Assembly (NCBI GenBank): GCA_964199315.1
Contig: OZ116699.1
Coordinates: 16,988,001-17,052,000 of the forward strand
Length of the DNA stretch: 64,000 nucleotides
Origin: Orbicella franksi
Taxonomy: Eukaryota
Direction: 5' to 3'
Both the position numbers and the translations under genes were made by a program. The notes beneath the pieces were generated by a model. The model did no database searches, was not told the DNA's origin, and saw only the letters and a list, made by a program, of their open reading frames with translations. Numbering within the stretch: the stretch's first letter is position 1; every line of letters begins with the position of its first letter. Below are positions 63,301 to 64,000 of the stretch, in pieces.

Positions 63301-63661
63301 GGGTCAACCTGGTGAAAATGCTGGAGATAAGCTATCCCAATGGATACATCCCATCATGTAGGAGGAACAGTATTTGCTAGTAGCTGCATGCTGTAAAAAG
63401 TAGAGTTAAACTCTGAACAACAAGGTTTACAAAAAGTGAACAGTGTGCCACTTTCACTGTCAATGTTTGCCATGTTAACAAGATTTCTGTATTGTTTTAA
63501 TCCGAATTTTTTATTTGAACCCTCAATGAGATAAGAACTAACCTGCCATTTTGATAGCATCCAGTGCCATACAGTTGGTGAGTTTCATCAACAAAGATGA
63601 ACCAGCAGCCTTGGGTTGAACAGCTGCTATATCGCCAGACCTGCCAATACCATGGCTTAAC
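57311..63661 (-). CDS. SEPSECS: O-phosphoseryl-tRNA(Sec) selenium transferase (selenocysteine synthase); last 9 exons, 5' exons lie beyond the right edge
   Basis: Exons 63543-63661, 63028-63186, 62029-62182, 61318-61420, 60212-60341, 59655-59746, 59205-59298, 57855-57954 and 57311-57596, all GT-AG and in phase. Motifs: [63 protein letters not shown] (PLP lysine), [24 protein letters not shown] and AAAAIGM. Confidence 0.97.
58323..59023. mobile_element. TTAA-flanked non-autonomous element (Kolobok-like), possibly composite
   Basis: TTAA|GG...CC|TTAA boundaries (58319-58322 and 59024-59027), with internal duplicated blocks gtcgatagatttt and ggggtcaccg. The TIR match beyond GGA is poor. Confidence 0.4.
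59896..59939. repeat. 11-bp minisatellite (CCGACAAACCA) x4
   Basis: Three exact units and one degenerate unit, preceded by the palindrome CCGACGCGTCGG. Confidence 0.85.
60383..60531. mobile_element. MITE with TAGCCTGT...ACAGGCTA termini
   Basis: 8-bp TIRs, flanked by the direct repeat ATCAACAC(C/A) at 60374-60382 and 60532-60540. Confidence 0.75.
60758..61140. mobile_element. Degenerate MITE in a SEPSECS intron
   Basis: Inverted ends gttctgaaaaatatatcc / ggatattttctggaac, with an internal repeated ggaaatttccagagg. Confidence 0.45.
62307..62460. mobile_element. hAT-like MITE (154 bp)
   Basis: TIRs CAGGGGCCTCGTTAA / TTAATGAAACCCCTG. No clear TSD. Confidence 0.55.
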
Positions 63662-63796
63662 CTTACAAAACAACAGTCAGTCAGAATATAAGGGTAAAAA
63701 GTTGTTCCAATCTTTAAAGAGTGCATAATTTACACTCTGGACCTAGAGGACCAGATTTGCCTAGCTAGATTGTTGTTGATGTGTTTGTGTGGCAAA

Positions 63797-64000
63797 GGCA
63801 TGGTGACCTCATGGTTAGTACACCCGTCTCCAGATTGAGCAGTCCAGGTTTGAGCCCTAGCCAAGGACATTGTGTTGTGCTCTTGGGCAAGACACTTAAC
63901 TCTATCTCAGAGTGCCTCTCTCCACCCAGGTGTATAAATGAGTGCTGCCAAATTTAATGCTGGGGGTAACCCTGCAATGGACTAACACCCCATCCAGGGG
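63797..64000 (+). mobile_element. tRNA-derived SINE of the same family, cut by the window end
   Basis: Aligns with 44092-44310 (catggttag...cttgggcaagacacttaactct...gcctctctccac...ccatccagggg). Confidence 0.85.

Noticed and set aside
1-64000. tRNA-Sec or PSTK near SEPSECS; true tRNA genes
   Set aside because: No tRNA-Sec-like sequence or PSTK P-loop exon was seen. The only A/B-box pairs belong to SINEs.

Overview
AT-rich, intron-rich animal genomic DNA, most likely from a stony coral or other anthozoan (inferred from composition, repeat types and vertebrate-like intron positions). It has three conserved spliced genes, all on the minus strand: a TIA1/TIAL1 RRM protein (5' part, 74-7314), a complete 12-exon ACADSB (9537-18059, one GC-AG intron) and SEPSECS (last 9 exons, 57311-63661). 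There is also an orphan single-exon 260-aa ORF (53572-54354). A young 4.4-kb Ty3/Gypsy element (24212-28587) has an open gag-PR-RT-RNaseH frame but has lost its integrase core. Its LTRs end in ACG...CGT instead of TG...CA, and its tRNA-Leu PBS overlaps the LTR. The least explained region is 29.9-49.7 kb: an old head-to-tail duplication (33.4-40.5 kb and 41.4-49.7 kb) of a two-part module. Its long reading frames are decayed and I could not identify them. Both copies keep a TATA box, splice sites, a polyA signal and a CpG-retaining 15-bp motif, and the module sits next to an array of repeats encoding an 'HCLDVxPNS'-like peptide. A triple array of 24-bp E-box-centred palindromes lies at 51.7-51.9 kb. 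SINEs and MITEs are scattered throughout. I found no rRNA, tRNA or CRISPR features. All calls were made by eye, without database searches.
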